Assembly (NCBI GenBank): GCA_052279835.1
Contig: CP181291.1
Span: 4,672,001 to 4,736,000 of the forward strand
DNA length: 64,000 nucleotides
Source of the DNA: Microcoleus sp.
GTDB taxonomy: Bacteria; Cyanobacteriota; Cyanobacteriia; Cyanobacteriales; Microcoleaceae
Reading direction: 5' to 3'
A model generated the notes under the pieces. That model searched no databases, was not told the DNA's origin, and was given only the letters and a program-made list of their open reading frames with translations. How positions within the stretch are numbered: position 1 is the first letter of the stretch; each line of letters begins with the position of its first letter. The translations under genes and the position numbers were made by a program. Shown here in pieces: positions 20,259-31,764 of the stretch.

Positions 20259-23200
20259 TTGATGAGGGAATTTATGAATGCAGATGAACTATTCAATCGC
20301 GAAACAGAAGTCTTTGTCTTCCCCGCATCTTTTGCCCAGCAGCGGCTGTGGTTTCTCCATCGCCTTGCGCCGGGAAATCCTTTCTACAATGTCTCAACCG
20401 CCCTCCGGTTGACAGGTTCCCTCAACTCGATCGCCTTAGAACAAACATTCAACGAAATTGTCCGCCGCCACGAAATTCTGCGCACAACTTTTGCAGTGGT
20501 AGAAGGGGAACTGTCGCAAATTATTGCCTCAGAATTAACTTTATCTCTTACCAAAATAGACTTGCAAAATATCCCGCCAACTCAGCCAGAAATGGAGCAT
20601 CCCGATTTGGTCAGGACGAAGCATTCTGGGTTTAAATCTGTGGCGCGAGCTAATAAATTGTCGGCGGTCATGCTTTGCCCCTACGACTATATTAGCAAAA
20701 CTAAAATGCACCCGCAAGAAGCAGCCGCCAAACAACTGGCAATTGCCGAATCGCGGCTACCATTCGATTTAGCAAAGGGACCATTGTTGCGGGTGAAATT
20801 GCTGCAATTTAGCGCCACAGAATATGTGCTGCTGATTAATTTCCATCACATTGTTGCTGATGGTTGGTCAATTGCCGTGTTAATTCGGGAACTAACATCG
20901 CTGTACAAAGCTTTTGCCAAAAACCAGTTGTCTCCTCTGCCCGAACTCCCGATTCAGTATGCCGATTTTGCAGAATGGCAGCACCAATGGTTGCAGGGTG
21001 AAGTATTAGAAACTCAACTCGCTTATTGGCGGCAGCAGTTGACCAATATTCAGCCGTTAAATCTGCCAGTCGATCGCCCCAGACCTCCCGTTCCCAGCTA
21101 TCGTGGCGCGCGAGAATTTCTGGCGCTGTCCCCAACTTTGAGCGATCGCTTAAATTTGTTAAGCAAGCAACAAAATGTGACTTTGTTTGTAACTTTGCTG
21201 GCTGCATTTCAAACCTTGCTTTACCGCTACACCGGGCAAGAAAATATTGCATTAGGAACGCCCATCGCCAACCGCAACCGCAGGGAATTAGAAGGGTTAA
21301 TTGGATTTTTTGTCAATACTTTAGTTTTGCGGACTGACTTATCGGGAAACCCAATTTTTTTGGAATTTTTGAATCGGGCGAAACAGGTGACAGTATCAGC
21401 TTACACGCACCAAGATTTGCCTTTTGAAAAGCTAGTAGAAGCGCTGGAACCCGATCGCGATTTGAGCCGCAATCCCTTATTTCAAATTAGTTTCAGCCTG
21501 CAAAACACGCCCGCAGCAGCCCTAGAATTGCCCGAACTAACTTGGAGTGCGATCGACTTTGACGCGGGTACTGCCAAGCTCGATTTAGAGTTTAATTTGT
21601 GGGAAGATTTTGCTGGCATTAAAGGGCAACTCACCTACAGTACCGATTTATTTGACAGCAGCACGATCGCCCGAATGTTAGAACACTTTCAAACGCTGTT
21701 AGAAAGCATAGTTGCCAATCCCAACCAGCGGCTTTCTGACTTGCCCATGCTCACCGCAGCCTCGCGCCATCAAATACTTGTAGAATTTAACCGCAATTTA
21801 TCGCCAAATATACCCCGCCTCCCTCCCATTTGTCAAGAAAACGAGCCAGAATCGAGTAACATTGCACTGTGTTTCCATCAATTATTTGAGCTGCAAGTAG
21901 AACGATCGCCCGACGCGATCGCCCTAGTCTTTGAAAACCAGCATTTAACCTACCGCCAACTCAACACCAAAGCCAACCAAATCGCCCATTACTTGCAGAA
22001 ATTGGGAGTTAAGCCCGAAGTTTTAGTCGGGATTTGTATGGATCGCTGCTTAGATGCGATCGTCGGATTATTAGGCATTCTCAAAGCAGGCGGAGCCTAT
22101 GTACCTTTAGATCCAAATTATCCCCAAGAACGTCTTAACTTCATGTTAGAAGATGCTCGCACGCCCATCTTGCTAACCGCTCAGCAGCACTCAACCCGCC
22201 AGGGGTTAAAACCCCTGTCTAATAGCTCAAGTCCACTAAAGTGGACTCAGCAACCGGAAATTTCCAGTCGGCTTGAGCCGACTTCAGCTATTAGCCGGGG
22301 AATTGATTCCCCGGCGGATGAAAGCGGAGTGCAAGACACCGATCGCGACTTTACCGCCACAGCGTCGCCAGATTGCCAAATCCCCAATCTCGCTGCAATT
22401 TGCCTCGATCGCGATTGGGAAGCGATCGCCCGACAAAGCCCGCAAAATCCCACCAGCCCAGTAACCGCTGACAACCTCGCTTACGTCATCTACACTTCAG
22501 GTTCCACCGGCAAACCAAAAGGCGTTTTAATCGAACACAAAGGACTGTCAAATTTAGCCCAAGCTCAAATCGAAACTTTTAAATTACAGCCACATCACCG
22601 CGTTTTGCAGTTTGCATCCCTCAGTTTTGATGCCTCCATCTTTGAAATAGTCCTCGCTTTGCGATCGGGAGCAACCCTTTACTTAGCCAATCCAGAATCT
22701 CGGTTCCCAGGCAAGCCTTTAATCGATTTTGTGCGCGACAATGCTATCACCCATGTTACCCTTCCGCCTGCGGTTTTAAAACTGTTGCCAAAAACCAAAC
22801 TAGCCTCCCTACAAACTATCATTTGTGCGGGGGAATCTTGCACGCCGGAGCTTGTGACAAGCTGGGGTAAAAACCGCCAATTTTTTAATGCTTACGGACC
22901 AACCGAAGCGACTGTTTGGTCGAGTATTTATGAAATTACTGATAGTCAAAAAATCTCGATCGGTCGTCCAATTCTTCACACTCAAATTTACATTTTAGAC
23001 CAAGATTTGCAACCAGTCCCGCTCGGCATTCCGGGCGAAATTCACATCAGCGGCTTGGGAGTGGCTAGAGGATACCTCAACCGATCGCACTTAACACCAC
23101 AGCGCTTTATTCCCAATCCTTTTAGCGATAAAGATAAAGTGCCAATGTACAAAACAGGCGATTTAGCTCGCTACCTTCCCGACGGCAACATCGAATTTTT

Positions 23201-24593
23201 AGGCCGCATTGACGAACAGGTAAAAGTGCGGGGTTTTCGCATCGAATTGGGTGAAATTGAAGCGGTATTGAGACAGCATCCGGGTGTGAAAGCAACTTGC
23301 GCGATCGCCTGCAACGACTCATCGGAAAATCAGCACCTAATTGCTTATGTTGTTCCGAAAAATCCGCGACTCAACCATCTCGAACTCCGCAATTTCTGCC
23401 AAACACAACTCCCACCATACATGATGCCAAATGCTTTTCAAATTATCGATGATTTGCCCCTAACTCCCAACGGCAAAATCGACCGCCGCCGCCTCTGTTC
23501 GCCCGAAAACCTGACAGCCACATCGGGCGATGCTTTCGCAGAACCCCGCAGCCCAACGGAATCAACCCTCGCCCAAATCTGGGCTGCTACTCTGAATCGC
23601 GATCGAGTCGGGATTCGCGATAACTTCTTCGATTTAGGAGGAGATTCCCTGCTAGCTGTGCGCCTAATCGATCGCATCAACCAGCAGTTTCAGCGGGATT
23701 TGCCACTGTCTTCATTGTTTTTAAATCCGACAGTGGAACTTTTAGCAAATACCCTAAGTTTAGGAAAAAATTCTTTAACAAACTCGCCGTTAGTTGCCAT
23801 TAACTCTCAAGGTTCAAAGCCGCCGTTTTTTTGCGTGCATCCCATCTTCGGCGTAGTTTTTCCTTATTACAAACTAGCAGCAGAGTTAGGAAGAGACCAA
23901 CCGTTTTACGCCCTGCAACCGCGAGGAATTGAAGGAGAATGTTCTCCTTTAACTAGCATTCAAGATATGGCTGCTTTTTACATCGCCGCAGTGCGTGAAG
24001 TGCAGCCGCAAGGACCGTATTTTTTAGGAGGTTGGTCTTTTGGAGGTTTAGTGGCTTTTGAGATGGCTCAACAGTTGCAAAAAGCGGGCGATACAGTGGC
24101 TTTGCTCGCCGTACTCGATACTTTAGCACCAATTCCGGCAAATCAAATTTCTTTTTGGGACGGCTGCAAGTTTCTGCTGACAACCGCGCTGCGATCTGTT
24201 TGGCCTTTTTTCTTAGATTATTTTCGCTTGCTGGCTGCTGCGGATAACTTTTCGGGTAAAAGTTTAATTGGGAGAATTGCTCAACTAAATAAAGTGATTC
24301 AGCCGATATTTACCGTGTTTCAAGCTAACAGCAAAGCAACTCTGGCTTACGCGCCGCAAATTTACGATAATCAGATTACTCTCCTGCGCTCTACCTCACA
24401 AACCACTACGGGCGATCGGGATTTTACCCTCGGCTGGAACCAACTTACTACCGACACAGTAGAAGTGATTAGAGTCCCCGGAAATCACTTAACTATGCTC
24501 AGAACACCCTACGTTCAAGTCCTCGCCCAACAGCTAAGTAGAAGGAAGAAGTCACCCCCCCCTGCCCCCCCCAAGGGGGGAAGATCGATGTGA
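20259..24593 (+). CDS. NRPS module 3: C-A-T-TE (A predicted Phe/aromatic)
   Basis: HHIVADGWS; pocket DAFTIAAVWK; GGDSL; GWSFGG thioesterase; PGNH. Confidence 0.93.
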   Translation: MMREFMNADELFNRETEVFVFPASFAQQRLWFLHRLAPGNPFYNVSTALRLTGSLNSIALEQTFNEIVRRHEILRTTFAVVEGELSQIIASELTLSLTKIDLQNIPPTQPEMEHPDLVRTKHSGFKSVARANKLSAVMLCPYDYISKTKMHPQEAAAKQLAIAESRLPFDLAKGPLLRVKLLQFSATEYVLLINFHHIVADGWSIAVLIRELTSLYKAFAKNQLSPLPELPIQYADFAEWQHQWLQGEVLETQLAYWRQQLTNIQPLNLPVDRPRPPVPSYRGAREFLALSPTLSDRLNLLSKQQNVTLFVTLLAAFQTLLYRYTGQENIALGTPIANRNRRELEGLIGFFVNTLVLRTDLSGNPIFLEFLNRAKQVTVSAYTHQDLPFEKLVEALEPDRDLSRNPLFQISFSLQNTPAAALELPELTWSAIDFDAGTAKLDLEFNLWEDFAGIKGQLTYSTDLFDSSTIARMLEHFQTLLESIVANPNQRLSDLPMLTAASRHQILVEFNRNLSPNIPRLPPICQENEPESSNIALCFHQLFELQVERSPDAIALVFENQHLTYRQLNTKANQIAHYLQKLGVKPEVLVGICMDRCLDAIVGLLGILKAGGAYVPLDPNYPQERLNFMLEDARTPILLTAQQHSTRQGLKPLSNSSSPLKWTQQPEISSRLEPTSAISRGIDSPADESGVQDTDRDFTATASPDCQIPNLAAICLDRDWEAIARQSPQNPTSPVTADNLAYVIYTSGSTGKPKGVLIEHKGLSNLAQAQIETFKLQPHHRVLQFASLSFDASIFEIVLALRSGATLYLANPESRFPGKPLIDFVRDNAITHVTLPPAVLKLLPKTKLASLQTIICAGESCTPELVTSWGKNRQFFNAYGPTEATVWSSIYEITDSQKISIGRPILHTQIYILDQDLQPVPLGIPGEIHISGLGVARGYLNRSHLTPQRFIPNPFSDKDKVPMYKTGDLARYLPDGNIEFLGRIDEQVKVRGFRIELGEIEAVLRQHPGVKATCAIACNDSSENQHLIAYVVPKNPRLNHLELRNFCQTQLPPYMMPNAFQIIDDLPLTPNGKIDRRRLCSPENLTATSGDAFAEPRSPTESTLAQIWAATLNRDRVGIRDNFFDLGGDSLLAVRLIDRINQQFQRDLPLSSLFLNPTVELLANTLSLGKNSLTNSPLVAINSQGSKPPFFCVHPIFGVVFPYYKLAAELGRDQPFYALQPRGIEGECSPLTSIQDMAAFYIAAVREVQPQGPYFLGGWSFGGLVAFEMAQQLQKAGDTVALLAVLDTLAPIPANQISFWDGCKFLLTTALRSVWPFFLDYFRLLAAADNFSGKSLIGRIAQLNKVIQPIFTVFQANSKATLAYAPQIYDNQITLLRSTSQTTTGDRDFTLGWNQLTTDTVEVIRVPGNHLTMLRTPYVQVLAQQLSRRKKSPPPAPPKGGRSM

Positions 24594-24658
24594 AGAAGGC
24601 TCATAGAGCAAGCTTTTTAGCCACCTGTATCTTACGTTTAATTAAGTGGACTTACTTA
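24535..24658 (-). mobile_element. MITE-like element (copy 2), inserted at TA in the 3' end of the NRPS TE coding region
   Basis: Reverse complement of 9121-9248; removing it with one TA restores CAA CAG CTA AAA CAG TGT (QQLKQC). Confidence 0.8.
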
Positions 24659-24774
24659 AAACAGTGTTTTATATCAATTCCGGTCAATTATAGATAATAA
24701 AGATGGTTTGTAGTTACCAACCATTTTTACGGTGGTATATTGTCGAGCAAACATGATATAGTATCGCGTTCGCC

Positions 24775-27700
24775 TCAATTAATTAAAATCTCAATTACAA
24801 ACTCCGTTCCCTTGGATGGTGTAGAAATACAAGTCAGTTTTCCGCCGTGTTTTTCTTCCACAATTTGACGGGCGATCGCCAGCCCCAATCCCGTCCCTTT
24901 ACCAACCTCTTTGGTAGTAAACAAGTGGTCGAAAATATGTGCTTTAACTTCCTCAGACATTCCAGGCCCGTTATCTCTAATCCGAATTACTGCCATTTGT
25001 CGATCGCCCGAAACTTCAGTGCAAATTTTAATTTGCTGAGGATTTGCTTTAATTTCCGCAAATGTTTGCCCGACGCAGGCTGCATCTAAGGCATCGATCG
25101 CATTGGCGATGATATTCATAAATACTTGATTTAATTGTCCCAAAAAGCACTTGACAAGCGGCAATCTACCATATTCACAAATTACTTCAATAGCCGGACG
25201 TTTATCCGAAGCTTTGAGGCGGTATTTCAAAATTAACAGTGTACTGTGAATCCCTTCATGAATGTCGCAAGCAACTTTTTCGGAGGTATCGGCTCTGGAA
25301 AAAGTGCGGAGGCTGTTGCTAATATCGCGAATGCGCTGGGAGGCGATTTTCATAGAAGGAATCAGCTTTGGCAAATCTTCGCTCAGAAATTCTAAATCAA
25401 TATCTTCTGCATGGTCGATGACTTCTGGTACTGGTTCAGGATAAGATTGTTGGTAGCATTCAAGATGAGCAAGTAAGTCTTGAATATATTCTTCGATGTT
25501 GTTGACACTACCTGTAATAAAGCCAATGGGATTGTTGATTTCGTGGGCGACACCCGCCACTAAATTGCCCAAAGTTGCCATTTTTTCATTTTGCACCATT
25601 TGCAATTGGGCTTGCTTTAATTCCTCTAAGGTTTGTTCGAGTTGTTGAGATTTCTGCTGCACGGCGGCTTCAGCTTTTTTGATGTCAGTAATATCTCGCG
25701 TCATTCCCACCGTACCAGTAATGTTGCCATTGGGATCGCGTCTTGGAGTCTTAGTCGTATATAAATTTACGATCTCCCCCGCAGCATTCAAGACATCTTC
25801 CTCAAACTTTTCCGCAACTCCAGAGTGCAAAATTCGCTCGTCCCACTCCCGAATCTGCTGGGCAAACTCTAGAGGAAGAACATCAAAATCCGTTTTTCCA
25901 ACTATCTCGACTTCCGACGACAAACCTAACAACTCAAGCGTTGCAGAGTTGGCAAAAATATAGCGGTGTTGGCTATCTTTAGCGAAAATCATGTCGCTGG
26001 TACATTCCAGGACACTTTGCAGCAGGAAATTGCTTTGTTGGAGATTGAGTTCGGCTTCTTTGCGTCCGCTAATATCTCGGAAGTACCAGATTCTGCCACA
26101 TTCCTCTCCTGATGGTAAATTCACAGTCACAGAATACCGTTCCAAAATGCGTCGATCTTTGAGGATAATTTCATGGTAGCTAGCTTCACCGGGATGTTGA
26201 TAGAGATACTCAACCGTTGCGATAAATTCCTGCGGTTGTTCTAGTTGATCCAATACAAATTCCAAGAGTTGACGATCGTCCTTGGTTTGAAGAATAATCT
26301 CAGGAAGGTTCCATAGCTTGGCAAATCCTTGATTATAAGCACTCACCTGCCGATTGGCATCAATCACGAGGATCGCATCTAAAGAGGATTCTCTTTGTGC
26401 TTCCAAAAAGGCAGCACTTTTTATGAGTTCCCTTTGGCTATGCTGTAAATCTTCTAGCGCTTGCTCCAAACGTAGGGCATGGAGCTGAGATTGTTGATAA
26501 AGTCTAGCATTTTCGATAGAAATCGCGGCTTGGGTGCACAATAGTTGAACAATTTCCATGCGACTTCTGGTAAATGCCCCCATCATCAGTTTATTTTCTA
26601 GATACAGTAAGCCGATTAATTTACCTTGGTTTAAAATCGGGACACAAAGCACACTCTTAGGTTTATTTTTTATCAAATATGGGTCATGAATAAAATTATT
26701 TTTTATATTTATTTCGTCGATAACTATGGTTTTTAAACTCCGCTTAACCTGGTTGATTAGTGTCAAGGGAATTTCTTGGTAACTTGACACTGGCACTGAC
26801 AATACGCTAATATTTTCCCTGGTATTCCCCACAGCTTCTACCATCAAAATTTCGTCTTGTAATAACAGCAAAACTACCTTGTCTGCCCCGGCATTTTCCA
26901 TCACTACTTGCATTAAATTAGCAACTAATTGCTCTAGTTTAATTTCACTCGATAAGGCTTGGGAGGCTTTGAGAATTGTGGCCAAATCTAGGGATGCGGA
27001 AATGCTACTGCTGTGAGAACGAGTTGTATGGATGGTGCGATCGAGGATTGAGGAGCCATCGAAAGTTTCCAGGCGCGTTTCCCCGATGGAAAAATGATGT
27101 TGTTTTGCCTGCAAGATCGCAGCAAGCAGTTGGGGATAGCGCATTTCTAAGTCATCTATTTTGGCTTTGGCTTCCCACCGGGCATAACAGTAGTAAGCTT
27201 CTTGCAGATAAGAACGAGCTAATTTTTCTTTGCCCCAGTCGAGGTAAAATTTGGCGCAGAGTTCGTTGGCTAGGGCTTCTTCATTCAGGAATTGGTTTTG
27301 TTTGGCTCCTGAGATGGCGCGATCGTACAATTCGATCGCTTTTAGTTTTTGTCCCAGTACCCGATACCTTTCTGCTTCTACCAACAGAAACTTATGTTGG
27401 TAATTCATCGGGGCATAGTGTCCCCATTTCTTCAGTTGTTTCTGATTCGCCTCAATGCTTTTGAGAATTTGCTTCTGTTCGTTTGAGGTTGCAGTCGCGT
27501 AAATCGCCAGTTGTGCCAGAGAATCGTAAAAGTAGTGCAGAACAGTTGGCAGGGAAGAAACGCAGTTATCAAAGTACGGTTTAGCAGCCTTTGATTTCTC
27601 AATTGATGCGTCATATTGCCCGAACAAATAATGAAGATGCTGTTGGCAAACGTAACTAAAAAATAACCCAGTGCGATCGTTCGCCGCCACCTGTGCCGGC

Positions 27701-30700
27701 AGATCTTCAGCCACCCGATAGCTTTCACCCGACAAGCAACTCGGATCGCTAGAATCACCCAGCAGATTTAAAGTCGCTTGATGGTAGATCTGGATGTAAA
27801 GAGAGCCATTTTTTTGGTTAAAAGGAGCGATCGCGGTTATAAAAGAACGAATTTCTGCTTCTGCTTCCCTTAAGTTATCCCCTGTCCCAGTAACGATTGT
27901 AAGAATGAACCAAAGCAGCCCAAGCAGCATATTCTACATCTCCCGTTTCTAAACCGCTCTGGTAAGCTATTAACAGCGCTGGCATCGTATCCGTGATGCG
28001 ATCGCGCCAATGGCTGACAAACGTATAAGTCATAAATAGCACTTTCGCTCTCAAATCCGTCGCGTTAAAACGCTCTAGTAATTGCAGAGAAAGTTGTCCA
28101 AATTGATAGCCTCCTTCAATATCCATGAGTATGCCGCAGAGGATCAGTCCATACCAAGCGTAGCCAAAAGCTGAGAGAGCCGTATTGCCATACCGTACCG
28201 ACAAATTAACCCGCTCAAATACCAGTAGCGGCATCAACTTCGGAGCACAAAGATAGGCAGCAGAAGCAGCACTAGATAGAATTCGCATCGCTGCCAATTT
28301 GTTAGCATTTGTCATGTTTGGCAGATTCGTCAACTGTTCCGGTTTCTTGTTACCCAGAATCAACTTAGTTTTGGCTAAACCCAGCAATACGTGAGCCTGA
28401 GTCGGGTTTTTGGGAAGCCGAATCCCCAACTGTCCAAGCACATCAATTGCTGTGTAAATACCATTCTGGGGCTGGCCTTGGGCAAGGTAAGCGAGGATTT
28501 GAATCTCGTAAGCACTAACTTTGTCAATCAGTTGGTTTGCTTGTTGCAAAATCACACTAACTAGCTGTTGTACCTGTTCAAATTGGCTGCATAAATACGC
28601 TGCTTCCGCTGCCAAATTGTGCAGTGCCAGCGTCAGAGTATATTGTTTTTGCCAGCTATGGGCTGGTAAGCTGCTAATACCTGTATTCACAAATATTAAG
28701 GCCGCGTCAAAGGCGGCCGCAGCTTTTGCAGTTTTCCCAGCCTGCAAGTTCAGCGAGGCTAATTCATAACGTGCTGTTTCATCCGAAATCAGCCCGCGGG
28801 CAAAGTTGAAATGACCGACAATATCAAAAATTCGTTCTTGACGTTGAGTTTCATTACTTTTTTGCAGCAACAGTTGTCCTATTTTCAGGTGAGTCGCTTG
28901 TTTTCGATCTTCGGGAATCAGGAAATAAGCAGCTTGTTGGACGCGATCGTGTAGAAATTTGTAGTTAGGTAATTGAGGGTTGGTTGTTGGCAATATTCCG
29001 GTTGTTTCTCGCTCTTCTTTTCCTTGATAAAACTTGTAAATTTCACTGGTTGGCAAGATGAATCCTTCTTGCAATGATTTCCACAAATTTGCAGCAGTTT
29101 CTTCGGAAAATTTCTCGCTGACTACCGCTAATGTATTCAAATCAAACTGCGCTCCAATGCACGCAGCCAACTTGAGTACATCCTGAGTTTCTGGTGGCAA
29201 TTTCTGCAATTGCAGCGACATAAATTCCACCACATCATCACTGATAGTTAGGGCTTTAACTTTGGCAATATCGCACTGCCACCCCCCTTGATTTGCCCAA
29301 GGCTGTTTCATTTTTTGTAGGGGTAGGGACGCACCATCCACTACGCCTACAAAACTCTGGTTTTCCGTAGGGGTAATCCCCCCGTGGTTGCCCTCGTGGA
29401 CGGTGGTGGAGTTAAAAGAAATTAGCCCATCTTCCTGTAGCGATTTGAGAAATTGGGTGGCAAAAAATGGATTGCCTTTGGTTTTTTGATAAACTAACTC
29501 GGTTAACGGCTCAGCCAAAGGGCGATCGCACGAGAGAGTATCTGCAATCAAATCGTTAATATCGGCTTGACTCAATGGCTGCAAGGTCATAGTATTTACT
29601 ACTGTTCCTGAAGCAGCAATTTCTGCTACCGCCAACATAAACGGATGAACCGGCGATACTTCGTTATCCCGATAGGCCCCTATTACCAATAAGTTTTGGC
29701 TATCTTTTTCGCCCAGCAACAGTTGCAAAAGCTTGAGGGATGCTGAATCTGACCACTGTAAATCATCCAAAAATATCACTAAGGGATGTTCTTTTGTGGT
29801 AAAGACAGAGATAAATTTTTGAAATACTAAATTGAAGCGGTTTTCGGCAGCACTTCCCAAAAGTTCTGAGACAGGCTGTTGTTTGCCAATAATTCGTTCT
29901 AGTTCAGGAATTACTTCTACAACAACTTGACCGTTTTCGCCAACAGCCTGCTGAATTTGGGTTTGCCATTCCTGAAGTTGAGCATCGCTTTCTGACAATA
30001 ATTGCCCCATTAAATCTCGGAAGGCTTGCACAAAAGCACTAAAGGGAATGTTGCGTTGAAATTGGTCATATTTGCCTTTGATGAAATAACCGCGCTGGCG
30101 AAACTATGGGTTTGTGAACTTCGTTGACTACAACGGTTTTGCCAACGCCGGAAAATCCTGCAACTAACATCATTTCGCTGCGGGATAGATTCGATCCCCC
30201 CCAGCCCCCCTTAATAAGGGGGGAGCCTTCTTTTCCCTCGTTCCCAGGCTCTGTTCCCTCGTTCCCAGGCAGAGCCTGGTAACGCATTTCCAGAGGCTCT
30301 GCCTCGCGATTTAGCCCCTTAATAAGGGGGGAGCCTTCTTTTCCCTCGTTCCCCTCGTTACCAGGCAGAGCCTGGTAACGCATTTCCAGAGGCTCTGCCT
30401 CGCGATTTAGTTGAGAAAGAATAGGCACTGAAAGAGGAGACAGAGCCTCCTGATATTTATTCCTAGGCGGAGCCTGGGAACTAGATTCTGCCTGGGAATG
30501 AGGGTTTGCTACTCGATCGAATGCGGCTAATAATTCAGCTACTTCGCTCTCTCTCCCGTAAAGTTTTTCGGGTATAATGAAGCGATCGCAAATATCATTT
30601 TCACCCAAAACAAACCCTTGAATTTCACCACTTTCTTGTAACTGAGCCTGACAAATCTTTAAATCGTGCTTCAGCCCCAAGGCACTCTGATAGCGGTTTT

Positions 30701-31508
30701 CCGCATTCTTCTCCATTAGTTTACTGACAATTTCCGATAAAACTAGCGGAATCTCAGGATTGATTTGAGTGGCGGGAATTGGCTGCTTAGCGAGATGACA
30801 ATGCACCAATTCCATTGGCTCTTGGGAAATAAATGGTAATTGACCCGTTAATAATTCGTAGCAGGTAACGCCCAGGGAATAAAAGTCGCTGCGGTAGTCA
30901 ATGCCGCGATTCATTCTCCCTGTTTGTTCTGGGGAGAGATAGGGGAGAGTTCCTTCCAGAATCTGGGGATTAGAGATTTCTTGGGTTTCTTTCGGTAGCA
31001 AGGAAGCGATACTAAAATCAATAATTTTTAATTGTTTGGTATCTGGATTAATCAGAATATTAGCGGGCTTGATATCTTTATGAATTACTCGATTTTGAGA
31101 AAGATAGTGCAGAATATCTGTGAGTTGTAAAGCTAAGTTAAGAAATTCTGCTAAAGGTAAAATTTTATGAAATTGGTTTTGCTCTGTGTCGGCTGGCTGT
31201 TGCGGATCGCCCTTGAGATAAGCAGACAGGGAGACTCCACCAAAATCTTCCATAATTAGGGCATAGCTATTGCCGTAGGCTTCTAGACTTAGGGGTTTGA
31301 CGATGCTGGGTAGGTTGAGATTTTTGGCGATCGTATATTGATTGCGAAATTGCACCAATTCGTTAAAATTGGGCAAGGGATTGTTTAGCAGCTTAATAAC
31401 GACTGCTTGCCCATCCGTCTCTCGGATACCCCTATACACCAAGGTTCGCAAACCTACATAAAGTTGTTCTAGTATCTGATAACCTGATAAATTAGCGATC
31501 GCATCCAT
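24775..31508 (-). CDS. Ser/Thr kinase-AAA ATPase-GAF-PAS-PAS-histidine kinase (about 2240 aa), split by two probable sequencing frameshifts
   Basis: HKDIKPANIL, DFS, GFSGVGKT, FLDDLQW, GAF, HEINNP, GKGTGLGL; removing one base at 30101-30103 and at 27886-27888 gives KPIVRQRGYFIKGK and YWTGDNL. Confidence 0.9.
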
Positions 31509-31764
31509 AGGTTAGTCATCCTTCATATTTATCAAATAATCCTCACCTAAGCTCCAGCCAAATTTGCACCCTTATCTACTATGTTATACTAGGTTTAATG
31601 AAAAAAATACAGTCATTTTTAATGCGTCCCCAGTAGTCCTCCCAGACTTATTAAAAAGTCGGGGATCGGAGTAGATTAATTTTATGCCTAATTCCTGATT
31701 CCTACCATCAATTACATCGGTGTTCAAGCTATGTTAAGGCGGGATCGCCCGGATTGCAATCGCC

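Noticed and set aside
9121..24658. NRPS cluster delivered as a MITE-bounded composite transposon
   Set aside because: Native-looking TE codons (KQC) resume outside the right copy and each copy has its own TA context, favouring independent insertions; kept only as a weaker finding
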